DNA from: Octopus sinensis
Lineage: Eukaryota
Direction of reading: 5' to 3'
Length of the DNA: 64,000 bases
Assembly: GCF_006345805.1 (NCBI RefSeq)
Contig: NC_043019.1
Coordinates: 4,091,360-4,155,359, forward strand
Shown: positions 63,263 to 64,000 of the stretch, piece by piece
Position numbering within the stretch: position 1 is the stretch's first letter
Layout: the number at the start of each line of letters is the position of its first letter
The notes under the pieces: generated by a model
Told to the model about the DNA's origin: nothing
Database searches by the model: none
The model's input: the letters and a program-made list of their open reading frames with translations, nothing else
Made by a program: the position numbers and the translations under genes

Positions 63263-64000
63263 TTCATCTGACATGATTCCCCTCACCACAGTCAAGGGCA
63301 CTCTATCCACATCTATCTATCTGTCTATCACTTTCTGCGCATATCTTTCCTTTATCTCTCTAGTGTTTATAGTGTTGCTTAGCAAGTGCTATCAGACAGA
63401 CTATGTGACATTTCAAATGCTGTATGCACGGATCTCAAACGCCTACCTCCTTCATCTCTTCCAGGTAGAGAAACCTGTCGACATCACAATTTCTGTGGAG
63501 ATTTCTGGTTGACATCCAGAACCTTGCGGGTGTTAATGTCTATGCAGTGGATTTCTTCTACAGACCAGTCAAGCGTCCCAAATGTCGGAATTGTTCCACG
63601 AATTTATGTATTCAATGGAGGTACTCGAAGTTTTTTAAGAGATAGTTTTTCATGAGAACATACAGAACACTTTTGACGCCCACCTATTTTTTGTGCTAAA
63701 CCCAAAACATCTACTGATGATGACTAACTTCTCTCTTGCCATTCCACTTATTGTTCTCTCCATAAGGGAACCATGATTAATGTATTTCTCTCGTGACCTG
63801 TTTTTGACAAGTATTCATTCGTTTGTGAATGACTGTATATCCTTTTCTGAATTTTCCCTGAAACACATATGCAGTCATAACTTCACAAGCACCTGTATCA
63901 TTCGATTTTTAACTCTCTCACTAGAAGGTGAGAGTTGTAGGAACTGATTTTCTCTTCCTGGTTGAGAATCGAAGTTCCAATCTAAAACTTCTCTCTTGCC

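Overview
AT-rich, microsatellite- and SINE-dense eukaryotic DNA. The repeat families look cephalopod (Octopus-like); this is inferred, not searched. Positions 1-16 kb are almost all transposons: the 3' end of one Ty3/gypsy element, a second near-intact young Ty3/gypsy element (2821-8704, nested in a MITE) with a GGGAAAC -1 frameshift signal, a Dong/R4 LINE fragment in a (TAA)n tract, a Tx1/L1 remnant and many SINEs. A 100-N gap lies at 16265-16364. The main host feature, invisible as a single ORF, is a 10-exon minus-strand gene (56300 to 33237/32682, about 858 aa) assembled here by hand with GT-AG junctions and compatible phases. It encodes a STAND-class P-loop NTPase (NB-ARC-like), a winged helix, a TPR array and a C-terminal Cys/His module, i.e. 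an NLR-like architecture. No N-terminal effector domain is evident, and the last exon is tandemly duplicated into two intact versions that differ mostly at non-synonymous sites. A second paralog (22177 to 17574) lies about 33-35 kb away in a tandem segmental duplication and is cut off at the gap. Introns and intergenic DNA hold decayed Penelope, RTE, CRE-like, Tx1, mariner/Tc1 and MITE sequences. All alignments and counts were done by eye and are approximate.
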